Positions 1-9,822 of a stretch of DNA of 64,000 nt are shown here, piece by piece. The stretch spans positions 87,132 through 151,131 of the forward strand of contig NW_005434662.1 in NCBI RefSeq assembly GCF_000315625.1. Reading direction: 5' to 3'. Origin of the DNA: Guillardia theta CCMP2712. Lineage: Eukaryota > Protista > Cryptophyta. The position numbers and the translations under genes were made by a program. Within the stretch, counting starts at the first letter, position 1, and every line of letters begins with the position of its first letter. Under the pieces are notes generated by a model. The model ran no database searches. It was not told where the DNA came from and saw only the letters and a program-made list of their open reading frames with translations.

Positions 1-647
1 AACACGTACAATATTGTTGAGAAGGTCAAACCTTCGAGCTCAGTTGCCCACGACTGAGGATTCTTATGTATCACGATCCTCGAAAAGTGACCGGCATATG
101 CCAAGACACCGATGAGAATCATCTGCTCCTTATACGAGTCCAAGGTCACAGAGAAAGCGAACGTGAGGATCAAAGAGCTAATCTTCGCACGTTCAATGTG
201 CATATCCATGAATATCAGTTCCGCCAAGAAGAACAAGAATCTGATGTGTATAGCCCTCCTGACAAAGACTGCTACCCGAATTCTTTGCTTCTCCGACATA
301 CGAGAAGACATGGAGAGCACTACCCATAGGCCGATCAGAACTGACAGACGTAGAATGAACATGTAGTCGTCAAAGTTGCTGATGCCTTTCTCGTGGTGCC
401 GCACTATCAAAACACCAAGATGGTATGCTGTCGATATGCCCAGAGTCATGGTCGAACCTACATTGTCGATGCAAATAATGGATTGAAGGAAATGCTCGTG
501 GTACTTCTTTTCGACCGCCGGCTGTCTGAAAGGCGCTGCATCTTGTAGCGTGCTTGTGATGAGATCTACCGCCTTTAGCCATGGTTGGCCAAGTGTTTGT
601 TCTTTGTTGCCAAGTGTTTGTTCTTTGTTGTTTTCCTTCATGTCCAT
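1..647 (-). CDS. Multi-pass membrane protein, 5' part (ORF runs off the window's left edge)
   Basis: Hand translation of the minus strand from ATG at 647 is stop-free to position 1: MDMKENNKEQTLGNKEQTLGQPWLKAVDLI...FRQPAVEKKYHEHF...FILRLSVLIGLWVVLSM...FLFFLAELIFM...LILTFAFSVTL...MILIGVLAYAG. Several hydrophobic segments. Absent from the ORF track because it has no stop in the window. Confidence 0.6.
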   Translation of the reverse strand, partial: MDMKENNKEQTLGNKEQTLGQPWLKAVDLITSTLQDAAPFRQPAVEKKYHEHFLQSIICIDNVGSTMTLGISTAYHLGVLIVRHHEKGISNFDDYMFILRLSVLIGLWVVLSMSSRMSEKQRIRVAVFVRRAIHIRFLFFLAELIFMDMHIERAKISSLILTFAFSVTLDSYKEQMILIGVLAYAGHFSRIVIHKNPQSWATELEGLTFSTILYV

Positions 648-989
648 GTAAAACGATGAACAGGCCAAAACAGGAATCCCTTCAGAGGGTCATCTTGGCA
701 ACTAGCGTCAGATATTCTTTCTCTCTCTTCAGGTCGCCGTGTCCACTTCACCGCCTGCTATCGGAATGATCGCTGAGCAACTCAATGACGCTCCTGATAT
801 CGGATGATTCGCTGCAGCAACCTGCTCCTCTCCTAGCAATACTCGCACATGCCTGGATGCTTGTCGCTCCTCGTCTTCTACAGATCTCTGACCATCCTCG
901 TCCCCGGAGCCGATCACGTTACCGCTCACGTCACCCCAACAACCCCACCACCGTCTATTCCAGCCTTAACCACCCGGGGTGTGACCTAA

Positions 990-1600
990 TGGCCATGACT
1001 CGATGACTAGGTTTAACGGTCACGAGGAGTCCGGCGTGCTGATCTGATGGCCACCGTCCGTCGGTGACTAGCCGGAAGGAAAAACTCAGGACAATCGCCG
1101 GTCCGACTCGACCTTCATCATGGAACTTCCCGGAACTTAGCCCATGCCGTGCTCCGCCACCCCGGGCGCGGCCCGGCCAGCCTCCCGGCACTGATTGATC
1201 CGCTGACTCAGCAGTGCCACTGCGGCCGGCGGGGCCGGGGGTCACTGTCGGCACTGTGGGTCGGGACCGTCCGGGCCGACGGTACGGTCACCGGGTCCGA
1301 GTCCGAGCCGGCCGCGCGCCGATCGGGATGATCCGCGGCCGGGCCGCGCCGACCGTCGGCGCCGGGCGGCGGCCCAGCCGCAGTCACGCCGCCGAGCAGA
1401 GTCAGTCCGACACGGCCGAGCAGAGTCAGTCACGGCCACGCCGCCGCCGCCGGGTTCCGAGTTCAAGCCCGCGGCCGTCAGCGGCCAGGGCCCGGGGCCC
1501 GGGCCGGGCAGCCGGCGGGCGGCCGCAGTACCGTGATAACTTAACTTTGAGGCGTAGTAAAAGATGACAGTATTACTCAAAGTTAAGTTAAAGAACAGTA
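990..1600. repeat. GC-rich palindrome-word island 1
   Basis: Dense CCGG/GGCC/CGCG/GTAC/GATC words and GAGTCA/TGACTC motifs; local duplication of gccgagcagagtcagtc; ORFs across it are only R/G/P/A low complexity. Confidence 0.7.
1537..1590. other. Perfect 15-bp inverted repeat (hairpin/cruciform), 24-nt loop
   Basis: taacttaactttgag (1537-1551) and ctcaaagttaagtta (1576-1590) are exact reverse complements. Confidence 0.85.
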
Positions 1601-1658
1601 CCGAGGACTATACGTCACAGGGAGAAGACGAGGCCGCGGGAAGCGACTTTCGATCCAA

Positions 1659-2080
1659 GTGGTAGGTAGGGTGGTCAAGTTGGGTTATGAGCCCGTAGTT
1701 GACAGGAATATTACGGGGTGGGGTACTTTTTGCAAGACCCCCCAACGGCGGAGGTGTTTGGTACCATACCTGAGTGAAGGTCGGAAGAAGTTTAGAGGTA
1801 GGGGTATGTGCATGACTGACAAATGAGGGGTACTAAGTAGTTTCGGAAAGGGTGGCTTCCTACTTCTGAAAGGGTCAGAAAGATTTTCAGGGTAGGGGTG
1901 GATATGCATAGCCAAAGGCGGTATGGGTGGGGTGTTGGGGAAAGGGGGTAGTAGGGCATTGGTAAGGAATATCGCGGGGTGGTAGGGTTGGAGCGTTTGA
2001 TCCACCCTGTCGGTGTGAAAGAGGCAGAGGGACCGGTGGTGATGACCATGCTGGGGTGGGTTTATTCTAGGGGTGGGTTT
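1659..2080 (+). repeat. GGGT/GGGGT-rich strand-biased tract, followed by a GA-rich tract (2130-2260)
   Basis: Repeated gggt/ggggta/gggtgg words on the + strand, between divergent genes. Confidence 0.6.
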
Positions 2081-2485
2081 CATGAAGATAGAGTCGATTT
2101 CCTCGTTTGGATATGTCCGAGAACAAGGGTAGAAAAGAAGAGAAGGAGAGCGGAAGAGAACGTAAGGAGAGCAGAAGAGAAGGAGGAGGAGGAGAGAGGT
2201 AGAGCGAGAGAGGAGAGGAGAGGAGGAGAAGGAGGGACCACCAGAACGAGGGTGGGAGGGAATACTGGGTCGCTACAGGTTAAACCATGAAAATAGAACC
2301 AGATGAACTTATTTGATGTCAGTTTATCAGTAGAAAGAGAACAATACAGATATAGTCGGGAGCGGGGCCGGCAGGGGGCAGGTGGTGGACAAGCATAAAT
2401 AAGAAAATTCTCATCGGCGAATTGGAATTCTCCTGAGTAACAGGGTGGAAAAGAGAGCAGAGGGATCGTTCTGTGCTCTGGCAGC

Positions 2486-4106
2486 ATGACAGGATACGAA
2501 GAGCGAAGTGCATCCAACTCGATTTCAAGTTCACATTCAATGCCATCGCAGCATCATACGCCAGCTGTTGATGAGTACAAGCACATACAGATGTTGTTCA
2601 AGGACCAAGACACAACTGAAGGCTCAGTGAAAAGCGAGAGGGACCTGGAAATAAGTATCAGACAAGATACTCCTGTTGGACCGCAGGCCACTGAAATCAC
2701 GGAGACATGTTCTCAGGAGCAGAGAATCCCTTCTCTGCAGGGGACGGACTTGTCTGGCTCAGGCCATCCACTGCGTGCTTATCCCTTACATCATGTGAAG
2801 CAAATAATCCCCCCATCAAAGCAGACTGCTGCTGCCTTGCAAGTAAGCTCATCCTGGTCGTCGAATCCCGGTCGCAACACTGCGGGGTTGGCCAATGGCA
2901 ACTCGTTTGTGAGCTCAGGAAGCTCGAAGGGGAGATCCGTGCAGGGGTACGCGTTTGAGGACATGTCGTTTGACAGGTATTCCACCAAGTCCACGTCGAA
3001 CTGCTTCTCGGCATTTCTATTCAGGAGGAAACAAAACACTTCAAGATTGAACCTCGGGTTGTCGGCACCTCCCAGACACAGTGTTTCGCTTCACGGTGCT
3101 GTTCATGAATCATTCGATGATGGAGCTTCGGATGCGGGCACGCTCGAATTGTATTCTAACGACATCAATTGGATATGCAGAACACGATCTGTGGGGGTGA
3201 GCTTCTTTTGCTGGTGTTGTACATATGCTTGTCTGACATTGTATTCTGCAGCTTTGTGAAGTGCATCGAGTTATTGTCAAAGGGCAACAAATGATTGCCA
3301 AAGTGCCAAAAGCGAGGCTCCCTTTTGAGCTTTCATTGCGCGCACAGGCAGACATTCACAACGAAGCCAAGCTCATCTCGACAATCCCTCCCCACAGAAA
3401 CATCGTACAATTCCAAGGGTTCATTAACGACGAGTTGGCAGGGCAGCGTCCAGTTGTCCTCACAGAGATGGTTTCGATGACAAGTCTTGCAGACTTCCTG
3501 CAGGAGCGACAGACCCTCTACGGCGAAGGTCAATGGAGGCCCAATCGAATGGTCTCTCTGGGATGGTGTATCGGGATGGAAAAGGGCCTTGCATTCTTGC
3601 ACAGTCGCCAGCCCCCTTTGATCCACAGTGATCTGAAACCAGCAAATCTGATCCTCTCTGAAGACCTGACCAACATCAAGATCGCCGACTTTGGCCTCGG
3701 CTCATCGGTAGATCACTCGGAAGCTCGGGATCCCAGTGTGTGGGAGAGACAGCGAAACTTTGGCACGGGGACGTACCGTTACATGGCACCTGAGCTTGCC
3801 GATCGCGCTTGTGCTCCCAATGAGCAGACAGACGTGTACAGCAGTGCGATCATCATGTGGGAGATCTGCACGGGCATGATGGCGTTCTCTCATGCCATCC
3901 ACCTGCTGGCCGATGAGAATGTGAGGAAATTTCTTCGACCTCCTGTTGATAGGATTGGATGGGTGCCGCTGATCAACGTGATTGAAGCTGCTTGGCATCA
4001 GGAGCCCTCTCGACGTCCGACAGCCTCAATGATTTGCGATCAACTTCAAGGGCTGATCAAGCAAAGCCAGACTCGCTTTCAGAGGTTTCGATCTTGTTTC
4101 TTGTAA
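2486..4106 (+). CDS. Protein kinase, TKL-like (2 exons; intron 3197-3251)
   Basis: Splicing GT(3197)..AG(3251) joins ORF 2486 to ORF 3261 in frame. Motifs IAKVPK, HRNIVQFQG, HSDLKPANL, DFG, GTYRYMAPE, DVYS..IMWEI, W..EPSRRPTA. Confidence 0.9.
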
Positions 4107-4253
4107 ATCGGCAGGTATCTTCTGATGAGTAGCGGTGTATTCCTGTCTGTGCGTTATCTTTTTTGTCCAAGCCAGGAAGTTTGTAGATTAGTACAGCGAA
4201 AAAAAAGTGACTTTTCATCGTCTGTATTGTTACACGCACACTAGTTTAAAAAT

Positions 4254-4805
4254 TCACGCTCTCCAAAACTTGTTCATGTACTTACGTGCCCTCATGAAAA
4301 TCTCCACTCTCCGAGATGGAGCAAAGTCTCGCAGATACAAAGCTGTCCCCTTCTGCGAGAGCGCTACAGGTATCGCTCTGTCAGACAGCCCTTCCTCATC
4401 CCACGCGTCGCAACTGCAACAACATGTGAATGTCCAAAATTCAGGGCAAGCCTTCGTACCATGCTTGTGATGTACAGCAAGGCAACGGCACAAGTTGACA
4501 GCAGAAAGTTCCCTCCACAGGCTGATATGGTTCCTGTAGGGCTGGATCTGGTGACAAAACCTACAGAAAAAGTCAGGTGTAACATACAAAGCTTGCGAGT
4601 CTGTGGTGAAAACAGTGGTGCATGGCACCCCGGACAAGTCACCCCATACATATGCCTGTTGCGCAACAGCGATTGGCTCTTTGTCATTTCTTCTCACCTG
4701 AAGTTTCTCTCCTCGTCCTCCTCTCCAAGTTACAACCGTAATAGCCATCATCAGTGCCACCGCCAATGTCGCTGCCACCATCGTCGCTCCGTATTTCGCC
4801 TTCAT
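4254..4805 (-). CDS. Hypothetical signal-anchor / type II membrane protein, Cys-rich
   Basis: 233-aa ORF; likely start MKAKYGATMVAATLAVALMMAITVVTW (hydrophobic N-terminus). May contain undetected introns. Confidence 0.35.
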   Translation of the reverse strand: MKAKYGATMVAATLAVALMMAITVVTWRGGRGEKLQVRRNDKEPIAVAQQAYVWGDLSGVPCTTVFTTDSQALYVTPDFFCRFCHQIQPYRNHISLWRELSAVNLCRCLAVHHKHGTKACPEFWTFTCCCSCDAWDEEGLSDRAIPVALSQKGTALYLRDFAPSRRVEIFMRARKYMNKFWRA

Positions 4806-5009
4806 CTCGCCCCTTCGCACTCGCCGTCTAGAGTGCTTTCCGGCAATTGCAACGGTTACAACATCGTTGAATGTCCGCCTTTGACGGACTTCTCTCTGGT
4901 ACCCACCCCTGGAAATGTAGGACAAACTACCCCTTTGAAATCGTTCTCGCACCACCCACCCACAGCCAAAGCTCAGAGGCTGATGGTGAAAACTCAGAAG
5001 GAGGTGTAG

Positions 5010-5480
5010 CCGAGCTGGGGGGGTAGGGGGGTCTTTGCGGAATCACGAATATGGGTAGGGTGATCAAACTGCTTTTCGAACTGGGGGTACTTTAAAAGAA
5101 TTTGAGATGATATACACACCGGTCATCGTGCTATCTGAGGGGTGGACAAAATACATGAGGGACATACGGTAGGGTAGCCTTCAAATAGGGGTTGATGATG
5201 TCAACCAGTAAGGGTGGGGTTATCTTTCAATTGTGGGGTAATAACAAAAGAGCTCACAATGACTGAGGGGGTAGGGTAGAGTGGTTCAGGGTGGTGGAGT
5301 GAGAGAGGGTAGGGTACTTGTACAAGGCGAGGTGCCTCGGGAGTGTGGGTCTGATAGGGGAGTGCCCTCACTGCAGGGGGTGAACAACGATGAGGGTGGG
5401 GTGGAAAGAACCCCTCATGGTAACCAAGTAATCTCTTTGTGATGGGGGTAGGGTATTTTAGAAGGGGTGGGTGGGTCTCC
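5010..5480 (+). repeat. GGGT-rich tract, followed by (CAG)n(CAA)n and a CT-rich tract
   Basis: gggt/ggggt words on +; (cag)n(caa)n at ~5533-5578; CT-rich 5580-5750; lies between divergent genes. Confidence 0.6.
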
Positions 5481-5532
5481 TTGCGCGCTAGTTCCACACA
5501 GCTCATGCACAGCATCAGTTATGTATCGTTAT

Positions 5533-5574
<42 letters not shown>

Positions 5575-6145
5575 CAATTCTTCTTCATTGTTATGAATCC
5601 TCCTCCTCTTTCCCCATCCCTGTTGTCCTTCTCCCTCTCTTGATTGCCCTCTTCTATCACGCAGATTGTCAAATTTTCTCGTCCATTCGGGCGGCGGTCG
5701 GTTCTCGTCCCTTCCTATCCTCTGTGCTGTTCTTCCCACCCTCCTCCACATTTCACATAAAGTTGAAAGATCCCTCTTCCTCGATGCTTGTATAATGGCA
5801 CGGCTCAAAATTTTGCGATATTGCGCTCGCCCCAGGATGTTTCTTCTAATTTTCGCTCGCTTCGAATACAGCAGAAGTTTCTGACTGCGTCAGCTTTTAA
5901 TCTTGATCTTCACTGATGCTTATGAGATTTTCCTTCACTCGTTGTGTTTGAGACGAGAATCATAGATACGCTCTCATTTTTTAGCCACAAGAATGGTTGC
6001 ATGATAATGCATACTGCACATTTTCATCAACCTGACATGTTCACGGTTGAGCATCACACTTTAGTTCTCCTCCTTCACAAACCGTCTTGAGGCCCATATG
6101 CTCAACAGAGGGTCTTGCTGATTGCTCACCAATTTCTGCAGGACG

Positions 6146-6979
6146 ATGTCGGCGGCATTCTTTCCTCCAGTGACGGAAGCGTGGAAGAAGGCGCAGGTGA
6201 AGGACGGAGACGTACCTTGCACAGCCTTCCTTGAGGCAGCTGAAGCCTTCATTCCCCTGTTTGGTGAGCAACTTTGATCAGCGTCCTCCTCGCTTCCTGG
6301 TCTCATCGTCGGTCGTGCTTTGTAGATCGTCTCGGAACTGTATTCAGCCCCGTCAAGAGCGATGTGGGAGGAAACGTTACCAAGCTCAAGGCGGCGCACG
6401 CCAAGAATCCCACGGCAAGCCTGAACAAGCTCATCTTGGACGAGGTTGCGGCGGGAAAGACCAAGGACAAGACCTCTGCCTCGATCGCTCTCCTCTGGTT
6501 CAAGAGGTACCTCCAAAGATTCCCCGCCCCTCTACCTCTTGTTCTGCACTTCTTACATCTTGTTCTGGACTTCTTACTTTCGCATCCCCCTATCTGCTTG
6601 CGGCTGGTTTGCTTGTGATGTCGCTGTGCAGGGCGATGCAGTTCATCTTCTCCATGTTGAAGAAGGTTTCTGCTGGAGAGGACGCTAACAAGGCGGCGAA
6701 GAGTGCCTACGACGAGACTCTGTCGCACTATCATGGCTTCCTCGTCAAGAAGAGCTTCCAGGTGGCCCTCATGGCTGCTCCTGGCTCAGACTCTATGCTG
6801 AAGGCGCTCGGCAACGACAAGGTGGGCTGACGATGCTGCTGTGTGAGGACGGTGACGGTGAAGAGCAGGATCAGACTATGCGAGAGATGCAGGAATGGGT
6901 GTCCGCCGCCTCTCCCATCCTCGACTTCATCCACGAGTTTCTCGACAAAAACAATTTGGATGACAAATCGAAGGTTTAA
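6146..6979 (+). CDS. GLTP: Glycolipid transfer protein (GLTP family), 4 exons
   Basis: Spliced: MSAAFF...FLEAAEAFIPLF|DRLGTVFSPVKSDVGGNVTKL...SASIALLWFKR|AMQFI...AYDETLSHYHGFLVKKSFQVALMAAP|...FLDKNNLDDKSKV*. Matches the GLTP hallmarks F.PVK.D..GN, LLWLKR and AY...L..YHG. Confidence 0.9.
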
Positions 6980-7479
6980 GTCTTGAAGGAGGAGAAGCGA
7001 AGCAGCATGCTGCTTCACTCCTGCCATGACGGTGATGGCGCTATGGGAAGGGAGGGGGCAGCAGACTCTTGCTTGGCCGGGACAGACTCTCCCCGAATGG
7101 CCTCTCTGTAATTTCATGTTTCTCTGTCAACAGCCCTTGGTGCAGATGATGCGCAAAAACAAAATTCTCTAGTCTTCAAGATAATCAAAAAGTTATGAAT
7201 CCAAATTGTTCGAGGATCTCGTTATCTTCGCTTGTCTACTGTACAGTATAGTGAGGTTGAGGAAGTTAAGTTTCATCTATTCCAGCCTCATGTCCTGCTA
7301 GTCATCCACAGTTAAACCCTGTCAGCTCTCCTGACTCTCCAACACAGCACAACAGGTTCAATCGACAGCAATCAAAATGCAGACCGGAAGGTCGTGTAGG
7401 TAATCATCAGTCCATGAACTTGATTCGCCCTCCTACACTTTTCGTCAGCCCTTGTGAACATAACACTGCACGCCTCATC

Positions 7480-8713
7480 TTCACCTGCGCGTTGCTCGTT
7501 CCGCGTACACTTGCCGCGATCGGGGGGTTCTAGCAAGGACGCGGACATGAGGGAGAGGACAACGGATGGACAAGTAGCAAGAAAGAGCCTCGGAAGCAAA
7601 ATCACCTGCTGCTGTGGCTGCTGGCTGTGATGGTTGTGGTTGTGGTTTTGGTTTTGGTTAGGCTGGTTGTTCTTGGGAGGAAGAGTGACGATGATGGTGT
7701 GTTGAGGGGATACTTGGCTGGGAACTTCAAAGAAGAAGGAGGAGCCGTCGGGTGCGAGGGCCTACGACACACGGTAAGAGGAGAAGGCAGCCGCTGCGGC
7801 TCTGACCTGCAGCCGCTGCCCAGGTTTGGCATCTGGTGGGATCACAACTGACAGTTGACCACCCGCCATGCTCTCAGCGCTCTGCTGCTGCTCCGGCAGC
7901 ATCACGAAGATGGTTCCGCCCGCTGTTGCTCCCGTAAGTTCGCTGATTTGATCGGGAGGAGGAGCATGCCTACTGCTGCGTTGGGCACGTAGCACTTGAA
8001 CTTCATCCCGTTGGGGGCAAAGCCCTGGTGACTTGAGCATGAGTGGGGGAGAAGAGGAAGGAGAAGAGGGAGAGGAAGGCAGGCTGGAGAGAGATCTCGA
8101 GGGAGGGAGACTGGCAGGGCGAGGAAGGGGAGGGAACGGGAGGAGTTGGAAGGAGGGGAGAGTGTAAGGAGGGAGCGACGCGATAGATGGATCCGTGAGG
8201 AGCAGAGGTCACCTGGATCTCTTGGCCAGCTATGACACCTTCAGGGACCTTCACCTGCCCGAAGAAGCTGAGATGCAAGCGGGCGAGGAGCAAGACCGGG
8301 AGCAGGAGCGCAAGAAGGAGCAGGAGAATTACATTTCACCTGGATCAATCTCCTCTGCTGCTGGAGCGCTTGAGGGATCTCAACTTGGATCAGCCCGCCT
8401 GGTCCAACACCAGCAGGCACCTGAGGCAAGATGAGAATGGAGAAGCGGGTACGTTCCTCCCTCACTTGAAACGCAAAGTTGAATCCCTCAGGACTGGTCG
8501 CCTGCCCACCCGCTCTCACCATTTCCTCGACGATAGACTATACCTCACCTGCATCGTTTGGCCGGGCACTGCGCCCTCTGGTATGCTCACGATCACATGC
8601 TGCTTCCCGTCCTGCCAAAGTGTGTCAGCACAAGGCATCTGCAGAGATAGAGAGTCAGACTGCTGAAGCGGTGGATCCTGCGGTTGCTCCTTGACCCTCC
8701 TCCTGTAGGGCAT
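7480..8713 (-). CDS. Multi-exon protein with tandem VPxGxxPG..QV beta-type repeats
   Basis: Exons encode VSIPEGAVPGQTMQ, ATSPEGFNFAFQ|VPAGVGPGGLIQVEIP, VKVPEGVIAGQEIQV, GFAPNGMKFKCYVPNAA, VVIPPDAKPGQRLQV and ALAPDGSSFFFEVPSQ. Both ends uncertain. Confidence 0.55.
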
Positions 8714-8859
8714 TGGGTCTGATCCTTGATGGCATCTCGCTATTGCCTTCACCCCAATCTGATACCATCAAGCATGCACAGAGCAAGATCAGCTTGTGGG
8801 AAGCGGAGCAGGAGTAGGAGGATCAGGGAGGAAAGGATGATCAGCAGGATCAGGATCAG

Positions 8860-8945
8860 GAGGAGGAGGAGGAGGAGGAGGAGGAGGAGGAGGAGGAGGA
8901 GGTGGTGGTGGTGGTGGTGGTGGATCAGGAGGAGGAGGAAGAGGA
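8860..8945. repeat. Compound microsatellite (GGA)n(GGT)n
   Basis: Directly visible. Confidence 0.9.
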
Positions 8946-9074
8946 GTTCTGTAGACGAGGAGGATCACCATGGCTGGAGGTGTGCGCTGCGAGGTCTGCC
9001 ATTGAATTAAATCGGCTTGATCCGAATCAATTCTATTGCTGCCCACCCGTTCAATTTAATATCAACCCCACAAA

Positions 9075-9440
9075 TGTAGGGGTGTGAAGTGTGTCTGGTG
9101 AGAAGTGGGTAGGTAGATGTTTAGAATACCCCTATTGGAGGGGATATTATGAGTATGTCATGAGGGGTGCTATCATTGGAGGGTGGGTACAAAAATTTAT
9201 ATGATTCATGTTGATAGGGTGGGTATCGGTTGAAGAGGGTGGGGTAGGGACTGCGAATGCAGAGGGCGGGCTAACCATGAACACGGGAGGAAGAGAGTAG
9301 AGGGAGGAGGTGGAGGAGAGGAGGAGGAAACGATGAAATGAGATGAGAAAAGGAGGAGAGGGAGAGATCGAAAGGTTAGATCACATGAGCGAACGGAGAA
9401 TGTCCAGGAGGAAGGGAGAATACAATAAGAAGAGGCAGGG
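9075..9440 (+). repeat. GGGT-rich tract (9075-9270) followed by a GA-rich tract (9280-9440)
   Basis: Same composition pattern as 1659-2260; between divergent genes. Confidence 0.55.
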
Positions 9441-9822
9441 CTGTTGAACAAGATTGTGGAAACATTGATGCGAAGAAGATTGATGCTCGATAAAGATAAA
9501 CGGGATTACACCAACGAGAAGCTGAACGAGAATGGAAATTCATGAATGGATCTACGAGTCGTGTGGAAAAGGGAAGTTATAAGTCATCAATCGAAATGGA
9601 TGAGAGTTCTTAGACTGGCAATATTTATGTTGAATTAGACGAACATTAATCCTAGCGTTGTACCGTGCCATGGCATTTCCATACAGCCGTCACACGATGG
9701 AAGATATCAGGAAGGGCAGGTCTGCAAGGGAGCTAGGGACTTCATCGTGTTTGCTTTTCATGTTTACAAGAGAAGGAGACGGGGATGAAGATGAGTATGA
9801 CCTGCGTCACAGTATAGGCATC

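Noticed and set aside
955-1580. Multiple R/G/P/A-rich ORFs on both strands (also 33599-33787, 40549-41395, 42646-43413)
   Set aside because: By-products of stop-poor GC islands; no domain signal.
1640-1660. B-box-like gactttcgatcc suggesting a tRNA or SINE
   Set aside because: No cloverleaf or A-box could be built.
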